From a virus (taxonomy: Duplodnaviria > Caudoviricetes): 64,000 bases of DNA. The stretch spans positions 1-64,000 of IMG/VR virus record IMGVR_UViG_3300032017_000001. The stretch is one strand, 5' to 3'. The notes beneath the pieces were generated by a model. The model saw only the letters and a list, made by a program, of their open reading frames with translations, was not told the DNA's origin and did not search any database. Positions within the stretch are counted from its first letter, which is position 1; each line of letters starts with the position of its first letter. Below are positions 20,303 to 29,071 of the stretch, piece after piece. The position numbers and the translations under genes were made by a program.

Positions 20303-20962
20303 ATGGCCACCACGGACGACTACGGCCAGGGCGTCAGCATTGCCTCCCTCGCCGACGCCCCCAACGCGGAGGCGCTCGCGAAGAACATCGCCAACGCGAT
20401 CGTGCAGCGGGCGGTGATGCGGTTCGCGTCCGCGTCGACCCGCAACGCGACCATCACCAGCCCGGCCGAGGGCATGTTCGCGTGGCTGCAGGACACCAAC
20501 CTGCTGACCGTGTACACCGGCACCACGTGGCTGCCCTACCTGGGTACCACCGTCAGCGACGTGCAGAACTCCGCCTACGAGGCGAAGCTGACGTCGTACA
20601 CGACGGCGACGACTGCGGGCACCTATGCGCACTGCGGCGTGAACTTCATCGCGCCGCTCTCCGGCAAGGTGAAGATCACGGTGGGGGCGCGCGTGCAGAA
20701 CTCCTCCACCGCGGGGTCGCTCGTGTCGCCGGAGACCCGAGAGGGCTCCACGATCGGCTCCGGGTCCATCGTGGAGGCCGCCGCAGACCTGATCGGCTAC
20801 TCCCACTACGGCGTCACCTACGCCCGCGGCACCGCCACGCACCTACTGATCGGTCTCACCCCGGGCGCCTCCTACAACAGCCGCATGCTCCACCGCTGCT
20901 CGGTGACGGGCGAGACCGCCCACTTCGCGTTCCGCGAGCTCATCGTCGAACCCGCCTCCTAG
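20303..20962 (+). CDS. Minor tail / fibre-associated protein
   Basis: MATTDDYGQG...VMRFASASTRNA...PAEGM.AWL motif seen in actinophage tail proteins. Confidence 0.55.
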   Translation: MATTDDYGQGVSIASLADAPNAEALAKNIANAIVQRAVMRFASASTRNATITSPAEGMFAWLQDTNLLTVYTGTTWLPYLGTTVSDVQNSAYEAKLTSYTTATTAGTYAHCGVNFIAPLSGKVKITVGARVQNSSTAGSLVSPETREGSTIGSGSIVEAAADLIGYSHYGVTYARGTATHLLIGLTPGASYNSRMLHRCSVTGETAHFAFRELIVEPAS

Positions 20963-21031
20963 CCGGGCTCCACCGCCCCGCCCCGCGCCGACGGCCGGGG
21001 CTTCTCTCATGCCAAGAAGAAGGGGGACGCC

Positions 21032-21883
21032 TTGAAACTCGTCTCCAGATCACAGTGGGGTGCCCGCGCCTACCGCACCCCGAACGGCGCCACCCCCTAC
21101 AGCAGGGCCCGCCGTGGGGTGAAGCTCCACTACCTCGGCACCCCATACTCCGACCGCCCGCATGCCCAGTGCGACGACTACGTCCGCCAGCTCCAGGCAC
21201 AGCACATGGACGGCAACGGCTGGTCCGACATCGGATACAGCTTCGCCGTCTGCACGCACGGCTACGTGTACGAGGGCCGCGGCCTGCGCCGCCGCAACTC
21301 GGCGAACGGCAACACCAGCCTGAACGAGCAGGACTACGCGGTGCTGCTGCTCGTCGGCTCCTCCGGCCTCACCGAGCCCACCGACGCGCAGCTGCACGGC
21401 GCGCGCGACGCCATCGAGTACTGCCGCGAGGAGGGCCCCGCAGGGGACTGGCTCGGCGGGCACCGCGACGGATACGCCACCGCCTGCCCCGGAGACGCGG
21501 TCTACGCGTGGGTCAAGGCCGGCGCGCAACGACCCAGCACGACCGAGGAGGACGACATGGCGCTCAGCAACGCCGACATGCAGAAGCTCGCGGACCTGGT
21601 GGCGAACCGGGTGTGGCGGACGGACAACATGCCCGTCCGCTGGGGCACCACCGAGAACCCCACCTGGGCGGCGTACAGCATCCTGCACCACGTCACCGAG
21701 GTGTCCCGCGAGAACCGCGGCCGCATCAAGGCTCTCCAGGCCGACGTCGGCGCGCAGGCCGCAGTCCTCGCCCGGCTCGCCGAGGGCGGCGGACTCACCG
21801 CCGCCGAGATCCAGGCCGCCGCCGAAGCCGGCGCCCGCGCGGCGCTCGAGCAGCTCGGCGAAACCCTCACCGACCAGAGCTGA
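21032..21883 (+). CDS. Endolysin, N-acetylmuramoyl-L-alanine amidase
   Basis: Amidase_2 motifs KLHY, GWSDIGYSF, GHRD...TACPG. Confidence 0.9.
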   Translation: MKLVSRSQWGARAYRTPNGATPYSRARRGVKLHYLGTPYSDRPHAQCDDYVRQLQAQHMDGNGWSDIGYSFAVCTHGYVYEGRGLRRRNSANGNTSLNEQDYAVLLLVGSSGLTEPTDAQLHGARDAIEYCREEGPAGDWLGGHRDGYATACPGDAVYAWVKAGAQRPSTTEEDDMALSNADMQKLADLVANRVWRTDNMPVRWGTTENPTWAAYSILHHVTEVSRENRGRIKALQADVGAQAAVLARLAEGGGLTAAEIQAAAEAGARAALEQLGETLTDQS

Positions 21884-21890
21884 AGCGCCA

Positions 21891-22232
21891 GTGATCCTCA
21901 ACCTCACTCCGCACCCGATCCGCCTGTACGCCGCCGAGCGAGAGGACGGCATCGACGACCTGGAGCCGCACCTGCGCGAGGTCATCGAGCCGGAGGCGAC
22001 GCCCGCCCGGCTGGCCACGTCCGAAGTCAGCAGCGGCATGTGGCCCGTGCTCGTCGAGTACGGGCACGCCCAGAACCTGCCGTCCAAGCGCGACGGCGTC
22101 CAGTACATCGTCTCCCTCGTCGTCGCCCTCGCGCTCGCCGACCGGCGCAGCGACCTGCTCGGTCCCTACCGCGAGGTCCGCAACGCCAGCGGAACCGTCA
22201 TCGGCTGCCGCGCCCTCGCGCAGCCCGTCTGA
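21891..22232 (+). CDS. Conserved hypothetical phage protein (NLTPH-start family)
   Basis: Clean 113-aa ORF with GTG start inside the lysis cassette. Confidence 0.6.
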   Translation: MILNLTPHPIRLYAAEREDGIDDLEPHLREVIEPEATPARLATSEVSSGMWPVLVEYGHAQNLPSKRDGVQYIVSLVVALALADRRSDLLGPYREVRNASGTVIGCRALAQPV

Positions 22233-22244
22233 GAAGAGAACCTC

Positions 22245-22607
22245 ATGAAGATCTTCGGCAGAGAGCCCGCTCTCATCATCGCCAGCGTCAGCGCGGGCCT
22301 GTCCCTGCTCGTCACCTTCGGGTTCGCCCTGTCCGCCGAGCAGGCCGGCGCGATCGTCGCCGTCATCAGCGCGGTACTCGCCGCGGCCACCGCCGCCGTC
22401 ACCCGGCCCATCGCACCGTCCGCGTTCACCGGCCTCGTCGCCGCCGTCGCCGCGCTCCTCGCCGCCTACGGCCTCGACCTGTCCGCTGAGAAGATCGGCG
22501 CCATCAATGCGGTCGTCCTCGCCGGACTGGCACTCCTGACTCGCGTGCAGGTGTCCCCGTCCAGCCCGAGCGCGCCGGCCACGGCCGAACCCCCGCGGAC
22601 GGTCTGA
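22245..22607 (+). CDS. Holin
   Basis: MKIFGREP start, several hydrophobic helices, after the endolysin. Confidence 0.8.
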   Translation: MKIFGREPALIIASVSAGLSLLVTFGFALSAEQAGAIVAVISAVLAAATAAVTRPIAPSAFTGLVAAVAALLAAYGLDLSAEKIGAINAVVLAGLALLTRVQVSPSSPSAPATAEPPRTV

Positions 22608-23047
22608 TGCGAGCGGCGGTCCGGCGGCTGTCTAAGCGGCTGGGCCGCCGCGGCACGTTCCTGCTGATCCTCGGCGTCGGCAAGACGTGCTGGGGCGTGA
22701 GTTTCCTCGTCGACCCGCCCGACGATCGCGGGCTGAGGCTGCTCACCGACGTGTGTAGCCTCCGCCACTGGTCGTGGTTGTGGATCGTCTGCGGCCTGGT
22801 CACCCTCGGCTCCGCGTTCCTGCGCATCGGCCGGGACAAGCTCGGGTTCCTCGCTGCGTTCATACCCCCCACCGTGTGGGCCACCGCCTACACCGTCGCC
22901 GTCATCAGCGGCGACTACTCCCGCGGCGGCTTCGCCGCACTCTGGTATCTCACCTCGCACGTCGGGGTCATCTGGTGGGCGAGCACGGTGCCCGAGTACT
23001 CGGTCCCCCCAGCGCCGCGACCGCCCCGGAAGGGTCAGGCGCCATGA
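22607..23047 (+). CDS. Membrane protein (lysis cassette)
   Basis: About four hydrophobic segments. Confidence 0.6.
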   Translation: MRAAVRRLSKRLGRRGTFLLILGVGKTCWGVSFLVDPPDDRGLRLLTDVCSLRHWSWLWIVCGLVTLGSAFLRIGRDKLGFLAAFIPPTVWATAYTVAVISGDYSRGGFAALWYLTSHVGVIWWASTVPEYSVPPAPRPPRKGQAP

Positions 23048-23406
23048 ATGTCGCCGAATGGGCAGGCATCGTCGGGGCTGCGGGCAGCATCCTCGGGGGC
23101 GGCGGGTGGTTCGTCTCCCGCGCCACCCGGGATGCTGCCCGAGCGACCGCCGCAGCGACCGAAGCCGCCGCCCGCGCCAACGCCGCGCCGGCACAGCAGG
23201 CCGCGAACCTGGCCGTCCTCGAAGCGACCGTGCGACGCGTCGATGAGGAGAACGGGCAGCTGAGGGGGAAGATGTCCCGCCTGGAAACCGTCGTGCGCGC
23301 GTTCGCGTGGACGACGGACCGGTGGGTCCGCCAGATGCATCGGGCGGGGATCGAGCCGGAGCCTGCGCATCCTCTGGTGGATGAGTACAACCGAACTGGA
23401 GTGTGA
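23044..23406 (+). CDS. Membrane-anchored coiled-coil protein (lysis cassette)
   Basis: N-terminal hydrophobic helix then coiled coil. Confidence 0.6.
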   Translation: MNVAEWAGIVGAAGSILGGGGWFVSRATRDAARATAAATEAAARANAAPAQQAANLAVLEATVRRVDEENGQLRGKMSRLETVVRAFAWTTDRWVRQMHRAGIEPEPAHPLVDEYNRTGV

Positions 23407-23408
23407 GT

Positions 23409-23753
23409 ATGCCTCAGCCTCCGCGCGCGATGGAACGCCGCATCGACCCGTCGGCGGCGGACGCGGCTTCGCTGGTAAGGCTCGGGCTCACCGCCCCGCA
23501 GCCGACACCATCGCCGCCCCCCGAACCTCCCACGCCCGCGCCGGCACCCGTACCCCGACCGGTGCCCGACCCGGTCGACGAGGCCGAAGCCCTTCAGCTC
23601 TCGATGGCTCTCACAGAAGCCGGCATCACCCCGGCAGCCGAAGACCAGGCCGCAGTGCAGCAGCTGGCGAAGCTCGACGCGGAGACCGTCGCCACCGTGC
23701 AGCGCTGGCTGAAGAAGCGGGGCAAGCCCGAGACGCCCGGCGTCAGCAAGTAG
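23409..23753 (+). CDS. Hypothetical protein, Pro-rich linker
   Basis: ORF in operon order, overlapping the stop of the previous gene. Confidence 0.5.
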   Translation: MPQPPRAMERRIDPSAADAASLVRLGLTAPQPTPSPPPEPPTPAPAPVPRPVPDPVDEAEALQLSMALTEAGITPAAEDQAAVQQLAKLDAETVATVQRWLKKRGKPETPGVSK

Positions 23754-23860
23754 GAGACCTCATGGCCGACGAAGACGACGACCCGCCGTTCTGGCTGTCA
23801 GGCCGCCCGTTCCGCGAACCGGAGTGGCCCCCGACCGACGACGAACCCGCCTGAACGACT

Positions 23861-23899
23861 GCGCCCCGCACCCCCGCTTCGGCGGCGGGTGCGGGGCGC
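23861..23899. terminator. Hairpin terminator at the end of the late operon
   Basis: GCGCCCCGCACC...GGTGCGGGGCGC inverted repeat with TTCG loop between convergent genes. Confidence 0.7.
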
Positions 23900-23916
23900 T
23901 TCGTCGCGCGATCAGA

Positions 23917-24273
23917 TTAGGAACCGCTGGCCTTGAGTTCGCATGACGGGCACAGCGCACCGTGAGTGGGCTCCGGGCATCCTGGGGTACCGCAGATTCC
24001 CAGCGGGGGTCGGGTCGCACTGGGGATAGTCGTCTTGCCGCGCAGCAGCGACTCGAGGACGACGGCGGCATGGTGGGCCTCCCGTGCGAGACCCTCGTCG
24101 CCGGCGACTTCGTCTGGGTCGAGGATTCTGCCATCCAGGTCGTGCTTGTGGATGCGGTGCAGGATCTCCCATGGCAACTCGCTGCCGTCGAGGTCGCGCA
24201 CACGGTACGCCTGGAGTAGGGCGTAGACGCGTTCGTAGTCTGCACGGACTATGGGCCGTTCCTTAGATGTCAT
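23917..24273 (-). CDS. Hypothetical protein with C-terminal Cys motif (CxxxxC...CxxC)
   Basis: ATG 24273 (MTSKERP) within ORF 23917..24459. Confidence 0.5.
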   Translation of the reverse strand: MTSKERPIVRADYERVYALLQAYRVRDLDGSELPWEILHRIHKHDLDGRILDPDEVAGDEGLAREAHHAAVVLESLLRGKTTIPSATRPPLGICGTPGCPEPTHGALCPSCELKASGS

Positions 24274-24333
24274 GGCCGACAGGCTAGGTGGCGGCGTCAG
24301 TGAGAGGTTCCCCCTGGCTCCCGGGTGGTCGTC

Positions 24334-24367
24334 TCCGCCCTCGATAACATGCCATATCGCGGGCGAA
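24334..24367. other. 34-bp 13-8-13 inverted repeat (lox-like site or operator)
   Basis: TCCGCCCTCGATA-ACATGCCA-TATCGCGGGCGAA; arms complementary at 11 of 13 positions. Confidence 0.5.
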
Positions 24368-24374
24368 AAAACGG

Positions 24375-24380
24375 TACAAT
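24375..24380 (+). promoter_or_regulatory. -10 box of a probable leaderless promoter
   Basis: TACAAT 5 nt before ATG 24386, no RBS. Confidence 0.55.
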
Positions 24381-24385
24381 CAGGC

Positions 24386-24793
24386 ATGCCTTTGAACCCG
24401 CATGACGAGTCGTCAAGCCGCCACCAGGCGGGCGCCCAGCTGGTCGCCAGCCCTGACATCGACCCGGTGTACGACCCCCGCGCCTGGGAGACCTACCGCC
24501 GCGACGCCGGATGCGGATGCACCGCACCGGCCCCCGTCGACTGCAAGGTCCCTCACGGCACCGGCGCGTGGCTGTGCGTCTGCCACCGACTCAGCGGGCC
24601 GCCCATCAAGGACACCGACCCGCCGGGCGAGTTCCTCAGCTCCAAGGACGAGGCGATCCGCCGCCACTTCACCGACCCGAACCGCTGCACGTCCACCGAC
24701 TGGATGTTCCGCTGCTCCCGGCCCGTCGGACACTTGGGCCACCACCGGCAAGGGCGCACGTTCTGGGGGCGCCAGACAGAGGACGAGGGGTGA
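24386..24793 (+). CDS. Cys/His-rich hypothetical protein
   Basis: CGC, CVCH and C...C...GH.GHH clusters. Confidence 0.55.
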   Translation: MPLNPHDESSSRHQAGAQLVASPDIDPVYDPRAWETYRRDAGCGCTAPAPVDCKVPHGTGAWLCVCHRLSGPPIKDTDPPGEFLSSKDEAIRRHFTDPNRCTSTDWMFRCSRPVGHLGHHRQGRTFWGRQTEDEG

Positions 24794-25035
24794 CGCACGT
24801 GACCGAGTCCAACGGCCTGCCGCGAAATCTCATTGCCGCCGCCCTTCGTAAACGTGCCGAGAACGGGGGCCAACATCTGCATCACCGGGATTGCATCCAC
24901 AACCTGCCGCCCGATGAGCAGGTCGCAATGCGCGGCAAGACCGTGGAGTGGTGGACGCGGGTGATAGGCCCGTTGCCCGAGCAGATCACACCCGATCAGT
25001 GGGAGACTGACCCGCCCACTCGGCGGCCGGAGTGA
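24790..25035 (+). CDS. Hypothetical protein
   Basis: GTGA overlaps with both neighbours. Confidence 0.5.
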   Translation: MTHVTESNGLPRNLIAAALRKRAENGGQHLHHRDCIHNLPPDEQVAMRGKTVEWWTRVIGPLPEQITPDQWETDPPTRRPE

Positions 25036-26069
25036 ACGAGCCCGTGACCAACCATGCCCTCGTCCCGCGTCAGCCGGACGCCACCCCCGCCGTCTACGAC
25101 GCTGCGACGCTCGCCGTCCTCGCCGCGATGGAGGAAGCAGCCGAAAAGCACCTCGACGCCATCCGCCCCCACAACACCAAACGCAGCTACGCCAACGACT
25201 GGGCGTTGTGGGCAGAGTTCCACGGCTGGCTCGCCGAACGGACCGGGCAGGCGTTGCCGCTGACCGCCGTCACGAAGGGCACGCTCGTCGGGTTCGTCGT
25301 CTGGCTCGACACCATCAAGCTCGCCGCGCCCAACAGCATCGACCGCCGCATCACCGGCGTCACCGTCACCGCCCGGAATGAACACGGGGTCGAGGTGCCG
25401 AAGGCTGCGACGGTCGCCGCGCGGCAGGCGCTCAAGCCGATGAAGAACGACCCCGAACGCATGGCGCGCGGCCGGGGGAAGGCCGCAGCCGCAACCCCCG
25501 AACAACTGCGCCAGATGAACGCCGCTGTCGCCGACGGACTCACCGGCCTGCGCGACCGCGCCCTCTGGCTCATGGCCTTCGCCATCGCCGGACGCTCCGC
25601 CGAGGTCGCCGCCCTCCGCGCCGACACCATCGTCCACGTCAGCCAAGGACTCGAAGTCCACGTCCCCGCCGTCAAAGGCCGCCCACCCCGTGACGTCGTC
25701 GTCCACTACGGCCGCAACCCCGACACCTGCCCTGTCCGCGCCTGGCTCACCTGGCGCGCCGCCGCAGGCATCACCACCGGCCCCGCCTTCCTGCCCATCA
25801 CCGCCCACGGCCGCCTCGGCGACCGCGCCCTCTCACCGGAAGCCGTCCGAGAGATCATCGCCCGCAACGCCGAACGCGCCGGCCTCTCCGTCCGCCTCAC
25901 CGGCCACTCCATGCGAGCCGGATTCATCACCACCTCTCGACGCGCAGGAAAGCGAGAGGAGAAGATCCGCGAACAGTCCGGCCACGCCGAGAACAGCCCC
26001 GCCTTCTGGGGCTACATCCGCGAAGCCGACAAGTGGACCGACGCAGCATCGGAGGACATCGGACTCTGA
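25032..26069 (+). CDS. Cre-like tyrosine recombinase
   Basis: N-terminal SAM-like NTKRSYANDW; catalytic R (AGRSAEV), K (VKGR), GHSMR, SGH, WGYI. Confidence 0.85.
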   Translation: MNEPVTNHALVPRQPDATPAVYDAATLAVLAAMEEAAEKHLDAIRPHNTKRSYANDWALWAEFHGWLAERTGQALPLTAVTKGTLVGFVVWLDTIKLAAPNSIDRRITGVTVTARNEHGVEVPKAATVAARQALKPMKNDPERMARGRGKAAAATPEQLRQMNAAVADGLTGLRDRALWLMAFAIAGRSAEVAALRADTIVHVSQGLEVHVPAVKGRPPRDVVVHYGRNPDTCPVRAWLTWRAAAGITTGPAFLPITAHGRLGDRALSPEAVREIIARNAERAGLSVRLTGHSMRAGFITTSRRAGKREEKIREQSGHAENSPAFWGYIREADKWTDAASEDIGL

Positions 26070-26077
26070 GCATGCGA

Positions 26078-26107
26078 ACGCCCCCGCAGCTACGGCTGCG
26101 GGGGCGT
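26078..26107. terminator. Hairpin terminator
   Basis: ACGCCCCCGCAGC-TACG-GCTGCGGGGGCGT perfect stem. Confidence 0.7.
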
Positions 26108-26601
26108 CGTGCTGTCCGGGCTCTCAGCCCCAGGCGGTGTCGTCGCTCATGGCGCCTCCCCAAGTAGGTGCGGCCTGCCAGCGGGGAGAACCCCACGCCC
26201 CCGAGGGGGTCGCTGCGAACGAGGCGGGCCGCCCGGCCACGGTACGCGGAACACCGCCGTCCTGTCATGGGGTCGTGCCACACTGGCCGCAGACCCGCCG
26301 TGCCGTCCCCCGTCCTGGCGGGTCTTCTGCCATCCTGAAGCAGGCGGCAATGCTCCCGGGGAGGCTCCTCGGACACCTGGCGGTGACGGCCGCCGCCCCC
26401 TGACGCGCCACTCGTGGTGCTCAGAGGCGACAGCCTGGCGTGGTCGCCAACCCCCGAGCGCCCTGTCTGCCCCCAGCAGCGGGGCGCTCGCGCTGTCAGC
26501 GGCCCCTCGTAGACTGGCCGGACTATCAGCCCATGCTGGCGCAGTGCTGAGAACGCCCCGCCTGGTCACGCAGGCGGGGCGCGCTGCTAGAGGAGGACGC
26601 C

Positions 26602-27003
26602 GTGGACGACCTGGTGCAGTGGCTCGGGCAGCAGCTCGACGAGGACGAGCGGACCGCGCGGGCGGCGGGCGGGGCTTCGTGGGAGGAGCTACCGGTCAGT
26701 GGCTGGGTGCACACCGCACCACTGCCGACGTCCGAGTGGCAGCCGCCGGGGTATGACCATCACGTGGCATCCGCCCCGTTGGTCGAGGACCGGGCGCACA
26801 TCGTGGCGCATGATCCGGCGCGGGTGCTGCGTGAGATCGCTGCCAGGCGGCAGGCCCTCGCCCACTACGCGCGGGTCTGCGAGCTCACGAAGGACGGCGA
26901 CGAGGCGTACCTCCTGGCCGAGGGCGTGGTTGCCAAGCAGCTCCAGATCATGGCTACGGCCTACGATCACCGGCCCGGCTACCGGGACGAGTGGCGCCCT
27001 TAG
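26602..27003 (+). CDS. DUF6221-like protein
   Basis: DLVQWL...LDEDE, HIVAHDPARVLREI, AYDHRPGYRDEWRP. Confidence 0.7.
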   Translation: MDDLVQWLGQQLDEDERTARAAGGASWEELPVSGWVHTAPLPTSEWQPPGYDHHVASAPLVEDRAHIVAHDPARVLREIAARRQALAHYARVCELTKDGDEAYLLAEGVVAKQLQIMATAYDHRPGYRDEWRP

Positions 27004-27197
27004 CCCTCCGGGTGCCGGACGGCCCGCTTGAGCGCCATCTCCGCCTTGTACCGGTCGACTCGGGCCTCGGTCGCGTAGGCGGTCAGCCGGTCCTGTACCG
27101 CGCCCGCCAGCTCCGGCGTCAGTGAGCCGGCCTGGATCGCCGCCCACGCCTCACGCTCAGCCGCCAGCAGGTCATCAGGGAAGTCGAAGTCGCTCAC
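27000..27197 (-). CDS. Hypothetical protein
   Basis: Clean ORF coupled to its neighbour. Confidence 0.55.
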   Translation of the reverse strand: MSDFDFPDDLLAAEREAWAAIQAGSLTPELAGAVQDRLTAYATEARVDRYKAEMALKRAVRHPEG

Positions 27198-27206
27198 GAC
27201 CGGAGC

Positions 27207-27386
27207 CTACGCCGCGGTCGTCACCTCGACGCGCACGGCCTCCGCGTACTCCCGCAGCAGCTCCTCGTACTCGCCACGCTCCACATCCGACAACCGCCGG
27301 CGGGTGCGCTCCAGCAGGGCACGGATCTCCGCGTTCACCACAGCAGAAGGCCGCGCGGGACCCTGCGGAAGCGAGGCGGGAGACAT
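27207..27386 (-). CDS. Hypothetical protein
   Basis: SAVVNAEIRALL...EYEELLREY small helical ORF. Confidence 0.5.
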   Translation of the reverse strand: MSPASLPQGPARPSAVVNAEIRALLERTRRRLSDVERGEYEELLREYAEAVRVEVTTAA

Positions 27387-27419
27387 GCCCCGATCGTATC
27401 CGCGAGCCCCGACAGTCAC

Positions 27420-27704
27420 CTATGAGTTCCCGGCGGGCGGCTGCGGCAGCTCCGTGACGAACGTCCCGATGCCCACCTGCATCTCCGCCAGGCCGGCCGC
27501 CCGCAGCTCCTTCAGTACACGCTTCGCCGTCACCTGGCTGATGCCGAACTCGTCGCACACCGCCATCGCCGACGGGAGCCGCTCGCCGGGCGGATACGTG
27601 CCGTCGAGGATGCGCTCCGACATCACGGCATACACCTGCCGCCACCTCGGGATCTCCGGCTCCCACTTCATGATCCCGGACGGTAGGCGGACCAACCCGA
27701 ACAC
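27420..27704 (-). CDS. GntR-family winged-helix regulator
   Basis: GTYPPGERLPS...EFGISQVTAKRVLKELRAAGL...GIGTFV. Confidence 0.88.
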   Translation of the reverse strand: MFGLVRLPSGIMKWEPEIPRWRQVYAVMSERILDGTYPPGERLPSAMAVCDEFGISQVTAKRVLKELRAAGLAEMQVGIGTFVTELPQPPAGNS

Positions 27705-27829
27705 GCGAGATCAGTCGTCCCATACGGGCTATACCGCCTATCCCGCAGGGGTACCCTGCAATTGCAGGACCCCCGCGACCGCCGTCAACGGCCCGGGGGC
27801 ATGGCCGACAGCCGCAAGGAGCCGTCAGC

Positions 27830-28060
27830 GTGGACGAGCCTACGGACCCCGCACCCGCACCCGGAAGACGGCCGCCCGTAGCCGCCGGTATCCGCCTCAG
27901 CCCCGTGCAGGAGGCGTGGAGCGCCTACGTCGAGCACAGCCTCCACGCCTGCCCGGTCTGCCGGCGCGTCGACGGCAGCCCCTGCGAGGCTGCCGAAGGC
28001 CTGTATGCCGCCTTCCAGGAGCTCGCCAATGCGGGCATGGACCGGATGCGGGAATCCTAA
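27830..28060 (+). CDS. Small CxxC hypothetical protein
   Basis: HACPVC motif; divergent from the GntR gene. Confidence 0.5.
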   Translation: MDEPTDPAPAPGRRPPVAAGIRLSPVQEAWSAYVEHSLHACPVCRRVDGSPCEAAEGLYAAFQELANAGMDRMRES

Positions 28061-28221
28061 AGCGCTGGCCACAGCCTCAACGGCTGGTCACAGAAACACA
28101 CCGGGTGCACGCTGTCTGCACAGATTGATGCAGCCGACACCCTTCCCTTAGTGGATCAACATGTTGTTGACTCAAAATCGGTAAGAGGCCGGTAAACCTT
28201 CAGGTGAGATCGCTGCCGCCC

Positions 28222-28464
28222 TCAGCCGTGAAGGAGGTCGGTGACGTGCACCCGCAGTGCGTGGGCAATCAACAGCAGATCCGAGTACTGCGGATCCCGC
28301 ACCGCATTCTCATACCGTTGGATCGAACGTCGCTCCATGCCGGCGAGGTGGGCCAGCTCCTCTTGGGATAGGCCTGCTTGGCGGCGTAGGTCGGCGACCC
28401 GGTGACCGAGGTCTACACGCTTTTGCATGACCCAGGCGGGTCGGGGGTTGCGGCGAGATGGCAC
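28222..28464 (-). CDS. XRE-family HTH regulator
   Basis: LRRQAGLSQEELAHLAGMERRSIQRYENA. Confidence 0.88.
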   Translation of the reverse strand: MPSRRNPRPAWVMQKRVDLGHRVADLRRQAGLSQEELAHLAGMERRSIQRYENAVRDPQYSDLLLIAHALRVHVTDLLHG

Positions 28465-28881
28465 TCCGCACACGCTCAAGCGCACGCGATCTTGTGTCAG
28501 TACCCAAACGGTCGCCTAGTGATCGAGGATCGGCCCTGCGGTATGGCGTATGCCGCAGGGCTATGGGTTCTGTCCGAAAATCGAACGGACGTTCCCTCTT
28601 TCGGGTGAATCAAGACTTCCACCTGCATCCATCCGGGAAGCCGGATGGTCAGGAGGGATACGCGTGTCGGCGAACCACGGAACGGGCGCCCCCTTTTGTG
28701 GTCGCCGACGCGAGCGCCCCCCGGCCCACCCGGGGTCGGGGGGCGCGCCGCTGGGAGATTTGGGAGACGTTCCGGGAGATGATCTTGCGGAAGGAACCCA
28801 GAGAAACGCCGAAGCAAGCCAGAGGAACACCCGCCGATCTGCACAGCAACCAGGGAACTTGCCACCCGCGCCCAGGTGGGG

Positions 28882-28977
28882 CACCGCGACGCCGCGATCT
28901 ACACCATCTTCGAAGGCACGAGCGAGATCCAGCGCCTGGTGATCGCCCGCACCTTGTCGGGCATGCCCATCCGCTGA
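28882..28977 (+). other. attP core region: copy of the 3' end of a host acyl-CoA dehydrogenase gene
   Basis: Reads HRDAAIYTIFEGTSEIQRLVIARTLSGMPIR-stop, the canonical ACAD C-terminus, with no upstream gene body; adjacent to the integrase. Confidence 0.8.
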
Positions 28978-29019
28978 GAACATTCCAGCAGCAGGACACG
29001 CATAGATCAACACCACGGA

Positions 29020-29051
29020 AACGGCCCCTCCTGCTTTCGGGAGGGGCCGTT
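29020..29051. terminator. Terminator following the attP gene fragment
   Basis: AACGGCCCCTCC...GGAGGGGCCGTT stem. Confidence 0.7.
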
Positions 29052-29071
29052 CCTTCGCGCCCAGGCGAAGA

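Noticed and set aside
24334-24367. Invertible segment bounded by two lox-like sites, or a protelomerase telRL site
   Set aside because: No second copy found by eye; the site is too short and imperfect for a hairpin-telomere palindrome
28150-28175. AT-rich CAACATGTTG palindrome as a dif-like site
   Set aside because: No XerC/XerD arm pattern; more simply a promoter or terminator region between convergent genes
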